DNA of 35,990 nt from an uncultured Gemmatimonadales bacterium (GTDB taxonomy: Bacteria; Gemmatimonadota; Gemmatimonadetes; Longimicrobiales; Gaopeijiaceae), in NCBI GenBank assembly GCA_963809895.1, contig CAWELD010000005.1:1-35990 (forward strand). Direction: 5' to 3'. Shown piece after piece: positions 11,411 through 21,046 of this stretch. Under the pieces are notes generated by a model that was not told the origin of the DNA, did not search any database, and saw only the letters and a list, made by a program, of their open reading frames with translations. Numbering within the stretch: the stretch's first letter is position 1; every line of letters starts with the position of its first letter. Position numbers and translations under genes: made by a program.

Positions 11411-12823
11411 TCACGCCCCGAGCAGGAACGCGACGAACCCGGCCGGGAGCGCCCACCCTCCGTCGTGACGCGCCAGCCCCGAGCGTGTGGCGACGATGCC
11501 GGTGGTGCGGCCGGACGCCTCGATGGTTTGAAAGGCTCGTCCCCAATTACGGTCGACGAACTTCGACTCCACGCACGAGCGGGAGAAGTCGGGCGAGACG
11601 AAATCGATCTCGGCGCGAGTCGAAGACCGGTAGTGGAGGAGTCGGTCGTGATGCACCGCCGCGCCGGGCTCCCGACGCTCGAGAGCCCGGAGCAAGGCGA
11701 CGGCCACCTGCTGCTCGGACAGGACCGTGGGATCCGGCGGCTGTCCCGCACCCCGTGCGGAGGCCAGGCGAGCGAGCGCAGGATCGGTGAAATACCACTT
11801 CGACTGGGCCCGCGGTCGCGGAGCGAGCCCCTGCTCGCGAGGCACCGGAAAGGCGATGAAGGCCCGGCGCAGGGCGTCGAGACGGTGACCGGCCGTCGCA
11901 TGCGCGATGGACGCTCGCTCGGCTGCGGCGTGGACCGAGAGCAGCGACGACAGAGACGAGGTGACGGTCCGGAGAACGGCCTGGGTCTGCGTATGCGTGA
12001 GGCCGGAGCCCGCGAACGCATCGCCGTGGACGACGTCCCAGAGCGCCGCCAGCAATGTTGAGCTCGATGGGTCAGCCCGCAGGGCCGCGGCCACATTCTG
12101 CGGGTACCCGCCGACCTCCAGGTAGCGATCCCACGTATCGACGAGGGCATCGATCCAGGGACGGTACTCGGAGACCGCGTCGGCGATGAGGTCGTCATTG
12201 GCCAACTCCGCCACGTTGAGCTCCGGAGAAGGAGGGAGCTCGCGGCCGAGCGCATCCGCCACGTCGACGAAGCGCATCTGGAACAGGATGCGGTCGCTAC
12301 GCTCCGTGCGGCGCCGGCCCGCGAGCCGCTTGCGAGCCTCGTCGAAGGCCGATGCGGAGGATCCGGTGAGCACGACGGTGTCGGTCGCGAACGACGGGTG
12401 GTCGTCCCGGAGCCGCTTGACGGTGGACGGCCAATCGCCGTGCACGCCGGTGATCTCGTCCAGGAGCCAGAGTCGCTCGTCGGCGCCATCGTCCAGCCAT
12501 TCCAGGGAGGCCCGGCGGACGATATCGGCGACGTCCTGAGCGCTTCGGCCCTCGACGGATACGTGGAGGATTGCGCGTGCGGAGACGCCTGCGCTCAAAC
12601 GGTCGTGCACCAACTGCTTCAGCGCCGTGGACTTTCCCACCCGTCGCGGCCCGCGGAGGATGTACAGACCTCCGGGCGCCAGGTCGGCGAGCGGCCGGGG
12701 GGCATATGCGAACGCGGAGTCGCGCACCGCGCGGAGCTGCACGTCGCGCTCCGCCCATCCCTCGGGATCGCGCCACCAGGGGTTCGAATGAATCAACTCC
12801 GCATCGATGTCGGCGATCCTCAT
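11411..12823 (-). CDS. AAA+ ATP-binding protein (AAA_14/DUF4143-like)
   Basis: NPWW N-terminus, Walker A GPRRVGKS, Walker B LLDEIT, LTGSS, LAGR, GGYP, KWYFTDP, AEIDFV..CVESK. Confidence 0.85.
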   Translation of the reverse strand: MRIADIDAELIHSNPWWRDPEGWAERDVQLRAVRDSAFAYAPRPLADLAPGGLYILRGPRRVGKSTALKQLVHDRLSAGVSARAILHVSVEGRSAQDVADIVRRASLEWLDDGADERLWLLDEITGVHGDWPSTVKRLRDDHPSFATDTVVLTGSSASAFDEARKRLAGRRRTERSDRILFQMRFVDVADALGRELPPSPELNVAELANDDLIADAVSEYRPWIDALVDTWDRYLEVGGYPQNVAAALRADPSSSTLLAALWDVVHGDAFAGSGLTHTQTQAVLRTVTSSLSSLLSVHAAAERASIAHATAGHRLDALRRAFIAFPVPREQGLAPRPRAQSKWYFTDPALARLASARGAGQPPDPTVLSEQQVAVALLRALERREPGAAVHHDRLLHYRSSTRAEIDFVSPDFSRSCVESKFVDRNWGRAFQTIEASGRTTGIVATRSGLARHDGGWALPAGFVAFLLGA

Positions 12824-12848
12824 GGGAATGCTTGGCCCCCCTGTGTCG

Positions 12849-12997
12849 TGTGTAATTGACGTTAACTATACATACTTCATGTGTCACAATCAATATTGTA
12901 GCCTTGTAATGGACGGCACTCGGCGCTCTCATGCCGCATCCTGCTTGCGGCAGGTCCGAGCTCTTATTATATAGAGTGCCGACATAAAGAATGCCGA
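12849..12997. promoter_or_regulatory. AT-rich divergent promoter region with two imperfect palindromes and a 15-bp tandem direct repeat
   Basis: TGTGTAATTGAC/GTTAACTATACA (12849-12872); ACAAT-N4-ATTGT (12886-12899); tatatagagtgccga and cataaagaatgccga (12968-12997, 12/15 identical). Confidence 0.55.
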
Positions 12998-13024
12998 TAG
13001 GGCCGGTGCGGCCCCAGGGGGCCC

Positions 13025-13378
13025 ATGACCGAGACCGACTTCGACGTGCAGGGATTCGCACGGGACATCCACGAGCTCCTGGTGCTGTCCACCCTCCGGG
13101 ACGACGCCAAGCACGGCTACCAGATCGCCCTCGACGTGGAGAGCGACAGCAACGGGCTGTTCCGCTTCAAGCACGGCACGCTCTATCCGATCCTGCACCG
13201 CCTGGAAGAAGGCGGGCTCATCAAGGGGTCCTGGTCGCGCGACGGCGGCCGGCGCAAGAAGGTCTACTCGCTGACCCGCACCGGGCGGCGTCACCTCACG
13301 GGTGAGACCCACCGAGTCGAGGAGATCGTTGCGCGCCTGATGAAGCTCCTGCAGCGGCCGCTGGAGGCCGGAGCATGA
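13025..13378 (+). CDS. PadR family transcriptional regulator
   Basis: ELLVLSTL, KHGYQI, FKHGTLYPILHRLEEGGLIKGSW, RRKKVYSLTRTG. Confidence 0.93.
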   Translation: MTETDFDVQGFARDIHELLVLSTLRDDAKHGYQIALDVESDSNGLFRFKHGTLYPILHRLEEGGLIKGSWSRDGGRRKKVYSLTRTGRRHLTGETHRVEEIVARLMKLLQRPLEAGA

Positions 13379-14157
13379 GCGCCCGCGCCGCCAGCGTCTT
13401 CCTGCCGACCCTCCGGGCGCTGGAGCGGCAGCTCGGCCTGCCCCTGCCCCGGCGCCTGCGGCTCCTCGAGGAGCTGGCCTTCGACCTGGAGGAGCTGGAG
13501 CAGCGCTTCGTCGACGAGGGCATGGCCCCGTCGGATGCCCGCGCCCGCGCGCTGGAAGCCCTGGTCCCCGACCCCGCGACGCTGGCCACGCTCGACCGCC
13601 TGCACGCGCCCATGTACCGGCGCCTGACCTCGCACCTGCGCGAAGCCCGGCTGCGTCTGCTGGAACGCGTGGTCCTGGCCGTGGCGGGCCTCGGGGTGCT
13701 GGTGGCCGAGAGCGCGTTGCTGTTCCGGACGCCGCTCCTCGCCGATCCCTCGCCCTTCCTGTGGCCGACGCTCTTCCTGGGCGCGGTCCTGGCGGCAGGC
13801 GTCCTGGCCCGGGGCTTCGGGCTCTGGATCAGGGGCGACCGCGACCCCCGCTCCGCAGGCAATCGGGGGATTCTCGTGCTGGCGGGACTACCGCTGGTGG
13901 CGGCCGCGGGCGGCGCCCTGGTGGATCTCTACGTGCTCGCCGGAACACTGGAGCTCGAGCCCGAGCGCGCAACGGCGCTCACGCTCCAGTGGCTCATGCG
14001 CGACGCGACGCTCCTGTGCGTGGCGCTGTTGCTGGCGCTGGCGGGTGGCCTGGCGTGGTTCGTGTTCGCGCAGTGGCACGCGGTCGTGTCGGGTGCGCGC
14101 CGGACCCTGCTCGGCCTCGAGCGGCCTGCAATCCCCGAATCAACCGACGGAGAGTGA
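13375..14157 (+). CDS. Membrane protein with N-terminal HAAS/permease-prefix-like helical domain and a degenerate MotA/ExbB-like TM region
   Basis: ATGA coupling to PadR; RRLRLLEELAFDLEELEQRFVDEGMAPSDARARALEAL; about four hydrophobic segments. Confidence 0.7.
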   Translation: MSARAASVFLPTLRALERQLGLPLPRRLRLLEELAFDLEELEQRFVDEGMAPSDARARALEALVPDPATLATLDRLHAPMYRRLTSHLREARLRLLERVVLAVAGLGVLVAESALLFRTPLLADPSPFLWPTLFLGAVLAAGVLARGFGLWIRGDRDPRSAGNRGILVLAGLPLVAAAGGALVDLYVLAGTLELEPERATALTLQWLMRDATLLCVALLLALAGGLAWFVFAQWHAVVSGARRTLLGLERPAIPESTDGE

Positions 14158-14160
14158 CCG

Positions 14161-14559
14161 ATGCTGGGCAAGATCATGAGCGACATGGGATACATCCGGT
14201 ACCCGCTCACTTTCTCGCTGCTGGTGGTGCTCGCCCTGGTGGCGTGGTCAGCGCTGAAGCTGTTCGGCTCCGGGCCCGGCGTGAGCGCCCGCACCAAGGC
14301 GTGGCTGGACGCCATCCTGTTCTGGGGCGGCTTCGCGCTCGTCACCGGGATCCTCGGCACGCTGCTGGGCGTCATCCAGGCGGCGCAGGCCATCGAGCTC
14401 CAGGGCGGCGCCTCCACGCCCCTGGTGTGGGGCGGCATCAAGGTGGCGCTGCTGAGCTCGGTCTACGGCATCCTCATCCTGACCTTCGCCGGCCTCGCCT
14501 GGTTCGTGCTCCACATGCGCTGGCGCACCCTGTCGGCGGGGCGGGAAGCGGCGGCGTAG
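14161..14559 (+). CDS. Small MotA/TolQ/ExbB proton-channel-like membrane protein
   Basis: GGFALVTGILGTLLGVIQAAQAI...LVWGGIKVALLSSVYG matches the ExbB/TolQ TM2-TM3 signature (GLLGTV.G.I.AF..I...GI..AL.TT..G). Confidence 0.75.
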   Translation: MLGKIMSDMGYIRYPLTFSLLVVLALVAWSALKLFGSGPGVSARTKAWLDAILFWGGFALVTGILGTLLGVIQAAQAIELQGGASTPLVWGGIKVALLSSVYGILILTFAGLAWFVLHMRWRTLSAGREAAA

Positions 14560-14567
14560 AGGGGGGA

Positions 14568-17213
14568 TCACTCCTGCCGCAGCACCTCCGCCGGATCCAC
14601 CCGGGTCGCGCGCGCGGCGGGTAGCCAGCACGCGAGCCCAGCCACCAGGAGCATCGAGACGGTCACGCCCAGGGTCGTGCCGAGGTCACCCGGCTCCACG
14701 CCGAAGAGGAGCGAGGCGAGCAGGTCGTCGAGGAGTGCCGCGCCCCCGAGCCCGACCACCGTACCGATCAGCGTCAGGCCCATGCCCCAGCGCAGCACGC
14801 CGATGCGCACCGTACCTCTAGGCGCGCCGAGCGCCATGCGAATCCCCATCTCGCGGCGCCGCTGCGTGATGGCGTAGCTCAGCACACCGAAGAGCCCGAC
14901 GGCCGCGAGCAGGAGCGCGATTCCGGCGAGCACGCTGATGAGCAGCACCACGAAACGAGGGCGGGTGAGGGCGGCGGCGGCGGCCCGCTCTCCCGTCTGC
15001 AGCGTTCGCAGCGGCACCACGTCGTCCACCGCCCGGAGCGCTGCGCGCATGGCGGGCAGGAGCGCCGCGGGATCACCGTCGGTCCGGACGACGAAGCCCA
15101 TGTAGGAGGGCGGCGTCCTCAGATCCATGGGGTAGACGAGGGCCGCCGATCCCGTGCGGTCGTCGGGTCCCCCGAGCCGCAGCTCGTCGACGACGCCCAC
15201 GACGGTGAGCCAGTCGCCGTCGCTGTCGAGTCGGAACCGGCGGCCGGCGACCTGCTCGGAGCCGAACACCAGGCGCGCGAGGTCCCGGTCGATCAGCACT
15301 CCCCCGGATTCGACGTCGCCGGTTTCCAGCGGACGACCGTCGATCAATCGGGTGCCCAGCACCGACACGTAGCCCGGCTCGGCCAGCACGAAGGGCATCA
15401 GCCCATCGAACTCCACCGGCTCGCCCCCCTCGGGCTGAGGCTCCAGACCGAACGACACGCCCCCTCCCTCGGGCGGCACGCCCTGAGCCGCCGCCGCACT
15501 CACCGCGCCCGGGATCGCGCGCAGCCGCTCCAGCGCCTCCGCCACGTACGCTCCGCGATCGGCGCCGGTGGGATAGCGGCTCTCCGGCAACGTCAGCTCG
15601 GCCACGGCGACGCGATCGGCGTCCATCCCGAGGTCCACCGCGTTCAGGGCCGCGAAGCTGCGCAGAAGGAGGCCGGCGCCCACCAGCAGGATCACGGAGA
15701 CCGCGACCTCGAGGGCCACCAGCGCGCTCCGAAGTCGGCTGGACGAGCGATCATCCCTGGCGGATCCGTGCAGCGCGCCGCGAGTGGGCCGGGACCGGGC
15801 CACCGTCACCGCCGGGAGCAGCCCCACCAGCAGGCCCGCCGCGACGGTGGTGGCGAACACCATGAGCACGGTGCGGTGCTCGACACCGAATCCGTAGACC
15901 ATGCCGAAGGTGACCTCGCGTGGGGCGACGCGCCCGATCAGCGAGGTGGCGGCGCTGGCGAATCCCACGGCGAAGACTCCGCTGACCAGTGAGAGGGCCA
16001 GCGACTCCACCAGCACCTGGCGGAGCAGGATCGGCCCCGAGGCTCCCAGGGCCTGACGCAGCGCGGCCTCGCCTTGCCGCTCCCTGCTGCGCACGAGCAG
16101 GAGGTTCACCGCGTTCACCAGCGCGATGAGAAACATGAGCGCCACCGCTCCGGCGGCCATCCACAGGCCCTTCGCCGTGTCGTCGTTGGCGCGCCAGTCC
16201 GTGACCGGACGGAGCCGGGTCGCCCACCCCATGTCGTGCGGGTGTTCCGCGGCCAACGACGCACTCAGCGCGTCCGCGCGCTCCTGCGCGGCGGCGAGCG
16301 ACATCCCGTCGGGGAGCCGGGCGGCCACCGAGATCGAGCTCAGCGGATGCCCGGCCGCGGTCATGTCGTCGGCCAGGGGGATCCACAGGTCGTCGGTGCC
16401 CGCCACCGGGTACTTGAAGTTGGCCGGGAGCACGCCTACCACGGTCCAGGGCTCGTCGTCGAGACGGAGCGTCGTGCCCAGGATCGCCGGGTCACTGCCC
16501 AGCCGTGCCCAGTAGTCGTGGGTCAGGATGGCCACGCGCGTGCCGGGAGTGGCGTCTTCGGGCAGGAATCCCCGGCCCAGTGCCATGGTCACCCCGAGCA
16601 GGTCGGTCAGGCCGGGCGAGACCACCGTGGCCGAAAGCTGCTCCGGATCGCGCCCGTCGGTGCGCACCAGCGACTGGCGGTCCCAGAGCGCCTTCTGCTC
16701 CAGGAAGTCCGCCGCCGGCAACCATGTGTCCGCCTGGTCCGCACGCAGGCCGCGGAGCGTCATGCCACCGGAGATGGCGAGGTCGACCTCCACGATACGG
16801 TCGGGCTCGTGGTACGGGAGCGGCCGGAGCAGCACCGCGTCCACGACGGAGAAGACGGCCCCGGCGGCTCCGATCCCTACGGCCAGGGTGAGCACCAGGG
16901 TCCAGGTGAACGTCGGCTGGCGGCGAAGTCCCCGCCACGTCACCCGCACGTCCTGCAGCACGCCCGCGATCCAGTCCCTCATCGTCCACCTCCCCCCTTC
17001 GCCGGTCGCCAATCCCTCCAGCTCGCGCTGGAGCGCTTCCATGTCTCCCATGCGCCGCAGGGCCTCGGCCCGGGCCGCCCCTGGATCCATCCCCTGCTCT
17101 TCGAGCCGGTCCGCCAGCTCGTCCACGTGATGGCCGAGCTCCTCGCTCACGGCCCGCCGTGTGGTGGGTCGCGCCAGCCCGAGCCGCCTGACCGGACCGC
17201 GACGGCGGGTCAT
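14568..17213 (-). CDS. Duplicated MacB/FtsX-type orphan ABC permease (ADOP-like) with permease-prefix-1-like N-terminus; intact
   Basis: EELGHHVDELADRLEEQGMDPGAARAEALRRMGD, TLAVGIGAAGAVFSVVDAVLLRPLPY, QRRREMGIRMALGA, PAARATRVDPAEVLRQE; ATGA overlap. Confidence 0.92.
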   Translation of the reverse strand: MTRRRGPVRRLGLARPTTRRAVSEELGHHVDELADRLEEQGMDPGAARAEALRRMGDMEALQRELEGLATGEGGRWTMRDWIAGVLQDVRVTWRGLRRQPTFTWTLVLTLAVGIGAAGAVFSVVDAVLLRPLPYHEPDRIVEVDLAISGGMTLRGLRADQADTWLPAADFLEQKALWDRQSLVRTDGRDPEQLSATVVSPGLTDLLGVTMALGRGFLPEDATPGTRVAILTHDYWARLGSDPAILGTTLRLDDEPWTVVGVLPANFKYPVAGTDDLWIPLADDMTAAGHPLSSISVAARLPDGMSLAAAQERADALSASLAAEHPHDMGWATRLRPVTDWRANDDTAKGLWMAAGAVALMFLIALVNAVNLLLVRSRERQGEAALRQALGASGPILLRQVLVESLALSLVSGVFAVGFASAATSLIGRVAPREVTFGMVYGFGVEHRTVLMVFATTVAAGLLVGLLPAVTVARSRPTRGALHGSARDDRSSSRLRSALVALEVAVSVILLVGAGLLLRSFAALNAVDLGMDADRVAVAELTLPESRYPTGADRGAYVAEALERLRAIPGAVSAAAAQGVPPEGGGVSFGLEPQPEGGEPVEFDGLMPFVLAEPGYVSVLGTRLIDGRPLETGDVESGGVLIDRDLARLVFGSEQVAGRRFRLDSDGDWLTVVGVVDELRLGGPDDRTGSAALVYPMDLRTPPSYMGFVVRTDGDPAALLPAMRAALRAVDDVVPLRTLQTGERAAAAALTRPRFVVLLISVLAGIALLLAAVGLFGVLSYAITQRRREMGIRMALGAPRGTVRIGVLRWGMGLTLIGTVVGLGGAALLDDLLASLLFGVEPGDLGTTLGVTVSMLLVAGLACWLPAARATRVDPAEVLRQE

Positions 17214-17554
17214 GCCCCTCCGGCCGCCTGACGGAGCGCCGCCACCGCGTGCACGTAGCCGTCCCACTGGGTGCGCTGATCTTCCACGGCCCGGTGGCCG
17301 GCGGCGGTGAGCCGGTAGTACTTGGCCCGGCGGCCCTTGTCCGACACGCCCCAGTCGGCGGCGAGCCAGCCGCGCTTCTGCATGCGGTGGAGCGCGGGAT
17401 AGAGGGCCCCTTCTTCGATGACCAGGGCCTCGTCGGTGCACTCCCGGATCCAGTCCAGGATCTCGAAGCCGTGCATCTCCTGGTTGGCCGACAGCGTGGT
17501 GAGGATCAGCATCTCCAGCGTCCCCTTCAGCACGTCCAGCTCGCCTCGCGACAC
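17210..17554 (-). CDS. PadR family transcriptional regulator (Acidobacterial ADOP-associated type)
   Basis: GGAGG RBS then GTG; LDVLKGTLEMLIL, MHGFEI, IEEGALYPALHRM..GWL.ADWGVSDKGRRAKYYRLT. Confidence 0.93.
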   Translation of the reverse strand: MSRGELDVLKGTLEMLILTTLSANQEMHGFEILDWIRECTDEALVIEEGALYPALHRMQKRGWLAADWGVSDKGRRAKYYRLTAAGHRAVEDQRTQWDGYVHAVAALRQAAGGA

Positions 17555-17582
17555 CTCGTTTCCTCCGTTCGTGCTCGCATGA

Positions 17583-17634
17583 CCTAAAACTCTTAGGACA
17601 ACGGAAGATTGCTGGCCTAAGTGTTTTATGTCAA
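17583..17634 (-). promoter_or_regulatory. Sigma70-type promoter (TTGACA -35 at 17634-17629) with two CCTAA-N5-TTA(G/T)G boxes; candidate PadR operators
   Basis: cctaaaactcttagg (17583-17597) and cctaagtgttttatg (17616-17630); the second overlaps the -35 element. Confidence 0.7.
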
Positions 17635-17693
17635 GGGGAAAGCCGGGCCAGGCTGAAGCGGACCGCGGGCGGTGGGCGCGCCGTGGCCCGTCC

Positions 17694-20425
17694 TCACTCC
17701 GCCTGCAGCGCCGACGCCGGCTGCACGCGCGCCGCGCGCCGCGAGGGGATCCAGGCGGCCAGGCAGGCGGCGGCGATGAGGAATCCCCCGGCACCCGACC
17801 AACACCAGGGGATCGAAGGGACCCACCTGGAAGAGCTGCGCCCGCAGCGCGAGGCCGGCGGGCCAGGCTCCGGCCAGACCGATGAGGATGCCGACTACGG
17901 CCGGGCCCACGCCCTGGGCCATCATGGTGCGGCCCACGGAACCGCCCTGGGCACCCAGCGCCAGCCGGATGGCAGCCTCGCGCCGGCGCCGGTTGGTGGC
18001 GAACGAGACGACCGCGTACACGCCGGTGGCGGCCAGGACCGAAGCCATGCAGGCGAAGGCGAGGGCGACGAGCAGGAGCACCTGGCGGTCGGCGAGTTGC
18101 GCCCGGAGCAACGCGGGCAGAGGGCGCACGTCGACGGGCACCATGGGATCGATGGCCGCCAGCGTCTGGCGCACCCGGGGGGCGAGCGTGGAGGCGGCGC
18201 CGTCGTGCCGGACCATGAGGAACATGTGCAGGAGCGCGTTCGGAGAGGCGTGCCAGTCGCTGTAGATCGTGCCCATGCCCCGCTCCTGATTCCACTCCCG
18301 GACCGACCCCACTACGCCTACCACGCGCGACGGGAACTCGAGCTCGCCGCCGATGGCATTGCCGTCGGGCCAGAGCTCGTCGGCCAGGTTCGCGTCCAGC
18401 ACCAGGTCGGGCTGCTCGGGGTCGTTGGGGCGCACTTCGTCGCCCCGGAGCAGGGGGATGCCGAGGGCGCGGAAGTAGCCCGCGTCGGCGTAGCGGTACG
18501 CGGTCCACGCGCGCTCCTCGCTCCCGGGGCGCGCCACGGTGCCGATCATGGCCGAGGTCTCGAAGGGCTGCATGCTGTTGAGGCCGACTTCGCGCACGCC
18601 GGGGAGCCCCCGCACCTCGCGGAGCGCGCGCTCGTAGAATCCCACGCGGCTCAGCGAGTCCGGATAGAGCCCATCGGGGAGCGTCACGTCGACGCTCAGC
18701 ACCCCGGTGGGGTCGTAGCCCAGGTCCACGTCGTCGGCGGCCACGAAGCTCCGGACCAGCAGGCCGCATCCCACGAGCAGCGTCATGGTGAGCGCGGTCT
18801 GGCCCGCCACGAAGACGCGCCACAGCGCGTGGCTCTGGCGCCCGGCGGAGGTGGAGCGCGACCCGGCGGACGCCGTCTGGGACCTGGCCGAGAAGAGCGC
18901 AGGGATCAGCCCCGCGGCGAGGGCCGCCGCCAGCCCGAGTCCGGCGGCCAGACGCGACCTCGAGCCCGTCGATCCCGACCTGATCGAGCCGGGGCAGCAC
19001 GCCCACCGTCTCGCGCCGGAGCAGCGCGAGCCCGGCCCACGCGGCGCCGAGGCCGGCGAGCGAGGCGGGCACCCCCACCAGGAGCGATTCCGCGACCATC
19101 TGGCGCACCAGTCCCGCGCGGCTCGCGCCCAGCGCCGTGCGGATGCCGAGCTCCCGCACCCGCCCGAGCGCCTGGCCCACCAGCGACGCGGCCAGGTTCA
19201 TGCAGGCCACCAGCAGCACACCCAGCGCCGCGGCGAGCAGGATGCGGAGAGGCTTTCGCATGGGACCCACCACGTCGTCGGTCAGCCGTGTGACCAGGAT
19301 CTGGTCCGCGTGGGTCGGCTCGCCGTTGGCCTCCTTGATGCGCGTGGCGAGGCGGTCCATCTCGGTGCGCGCCCGTTCCAGACTCATGCCGGGGGCGAGG
19401 CGCGCCACCACGTGGTAGCCGTGCGAGGTGCGGGGGCCCAGATCGTCGGAGCGCTCGAGGGGTGTCCACACGGCCACGTCCTGCCACGCCCCGCCGTAGC
19501 CCAGGAAGCGGAAGCTCCGGGGCAGCACGCCCACCACCTGGAAGCGCTCGTCGCCCAGGCCGAAGGTGAGCTGATCCAGCGGGCGTCCGCCGAGCTCGTT
19601 GGTCCAGAATCGCCAGCTCACCAGGGCCACGGGGGCGCCTCCGGGTGTGTTTTCGTCGGGCGAGAAATCCCGCCCCAGCGCCGGTGCGACGCCCAGCATC
19701 TGGAAGAATCCCCTGGACACGCCGCCCGTGAGCGCGCGCACCGAGCGGTCGGCGAGCAGGATGGGACGCTCGTCGGGCGGCGACGTGGCGGTCACCCCGT
19801 CCAGGATGCCGCCGGCCTGGTCGCGCCAGTCACGCACGTTGGGGAACGAGGGCCAGTACGTCTGGTGCGTGTCAGAGACCTCGCGCAGGCGCACCAGGCG
19901 GTCGGGCGCGTCGAAGGGGAGCGGCCGCAGTACGATGTCCCGCACCAGCACCAGGACCAGCAGCGTTGCGGCCACCCCGAGGCCCAGGACGCCCGCCGAG
20001 AAGAGGGTGCGCCCCGGGTGGCGAAGGACGCGCCGGGTGGCGGCGCGGAGCTCGTCGGTGATCCGGAAGCGGGCGGCGGGCTGGGGCATGGAGAGCTCAG
20101 TCGTGGAGTGGGCGTGAGCAGGAGCCGATACGACACCGCGAAGGCCCGCCCAATGTTCGGCGGCGGCGGTGAGGGCGAGGTCGGCGAGCGTGCGGAGCCA
20201 GAAGCGCAGGCGGGGGAAGGGCCCGCGGGTGTTGTGGGTGCCGCCGGCGCCGTGGGGGTCGCGGGCCGCGTGGGCCGCAGCCCAGCCATCGCGGAACACC
20301 TCGACCAGCTCGCGCTCGGCCTCACGCCGGAAGCGCGCGGGCAGCACGCGCAGGAGTGTCCGGTAGATCCTCTCCGCCCGCCGGGCCCCGTGTCGCCCCC
20401 CCGGCCGGGGCGAGCCGCGCATCAC
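17694..20425 (-). CDS. Duplicated MacB/FtsX-type orphan ABC permease; frameshifts near 18950, 18830 and 17790
   Basis: IYRTLLRVLPARFRRE prefix, LRPLPFDAPDRLV, LLVACMNLA, RELGIRTALGASR. The second half in ORF 17626..18810 has DLGYDP and RRREAAIRLALGA. Ends ...LQAE-TGA at 17694. Confidence 0.85.
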
Positions 20426-21046
20426 ACCGCTCCGCGGCCCGGGTCCAGGAGCCCCGCAGTCAGGAGCGTCCGCCGCAGCCGCTCGGCCTCCGCGGCGAGC
20501 ACCGCACGGCCCAGCGGCGTGAGGCCGTGATACTGTCGCCGGTCGTCGGCGCCCTGGGCGTGGGCCGGGGGATCCACCGGGTCGATGAACCCGTCACGCC
20601 TCAGCTCGCTCAGCAGCCGGTAGAGCGTCCCGGGCCCGAGGATCGGGTTCCCGGGCACCGTCTCATTGATGGCCGACAGGATCGCGAACCCGGCCAGCGG
20701 GCCGTCGGCCAGCGCGGCCAGGGCGGAGAAGGACGCGGGGCGGAGGGGGAGGTGGCGGGCGGGGTCGGCGGGGGTGGCGGGCGTGGGCGGGGGGTGTTCG
20801 CCGGTGGAGCTGGCTGTGCGGGTGGGAGCTGCGTTGCCGGCGTCCCCGGCCGAGCGCGGTGTTGCCGGCCGAGCGGGTGCCATTGGCGGCGCCGGCGTGT
20901 CGGGCTGCGTTGGTGCTGTTGGACGCGCCGGCGACATCAGCCGTGCCGCCCTCTCCAGCCGCGCTGGCCTTTCTGGCCGTGGGAGTCCTACCGCCGCCCT
21001 CGCCAGCCGCGCTGTCCCCTGCCGGGGTTTCACGTTCGTGTGACAT
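20422..21046 (-). CDS. PadR family regulator with long low-complexity N-terminal extension; probable ATG at 21046 with a frameshift, or a later start
   Basis: HLPLRPASFSALAALADGPLAGFAI, LGPGTLYRLLSEL, DDRRQYHGLTPLGRAVLAAEAERL. The ATG at 21046 (MSHERETPAG...) lies within the upstream palindrome. Confidence 0.8.

Noticed and set aside
17210..20425. 1071-aa ORF appearing as a permease-PadR fusion
   Set aside because: Read-through after a frameshift. The PadR has its own promoter, RBS and GTG at 17554, and the permease ends at 17694.
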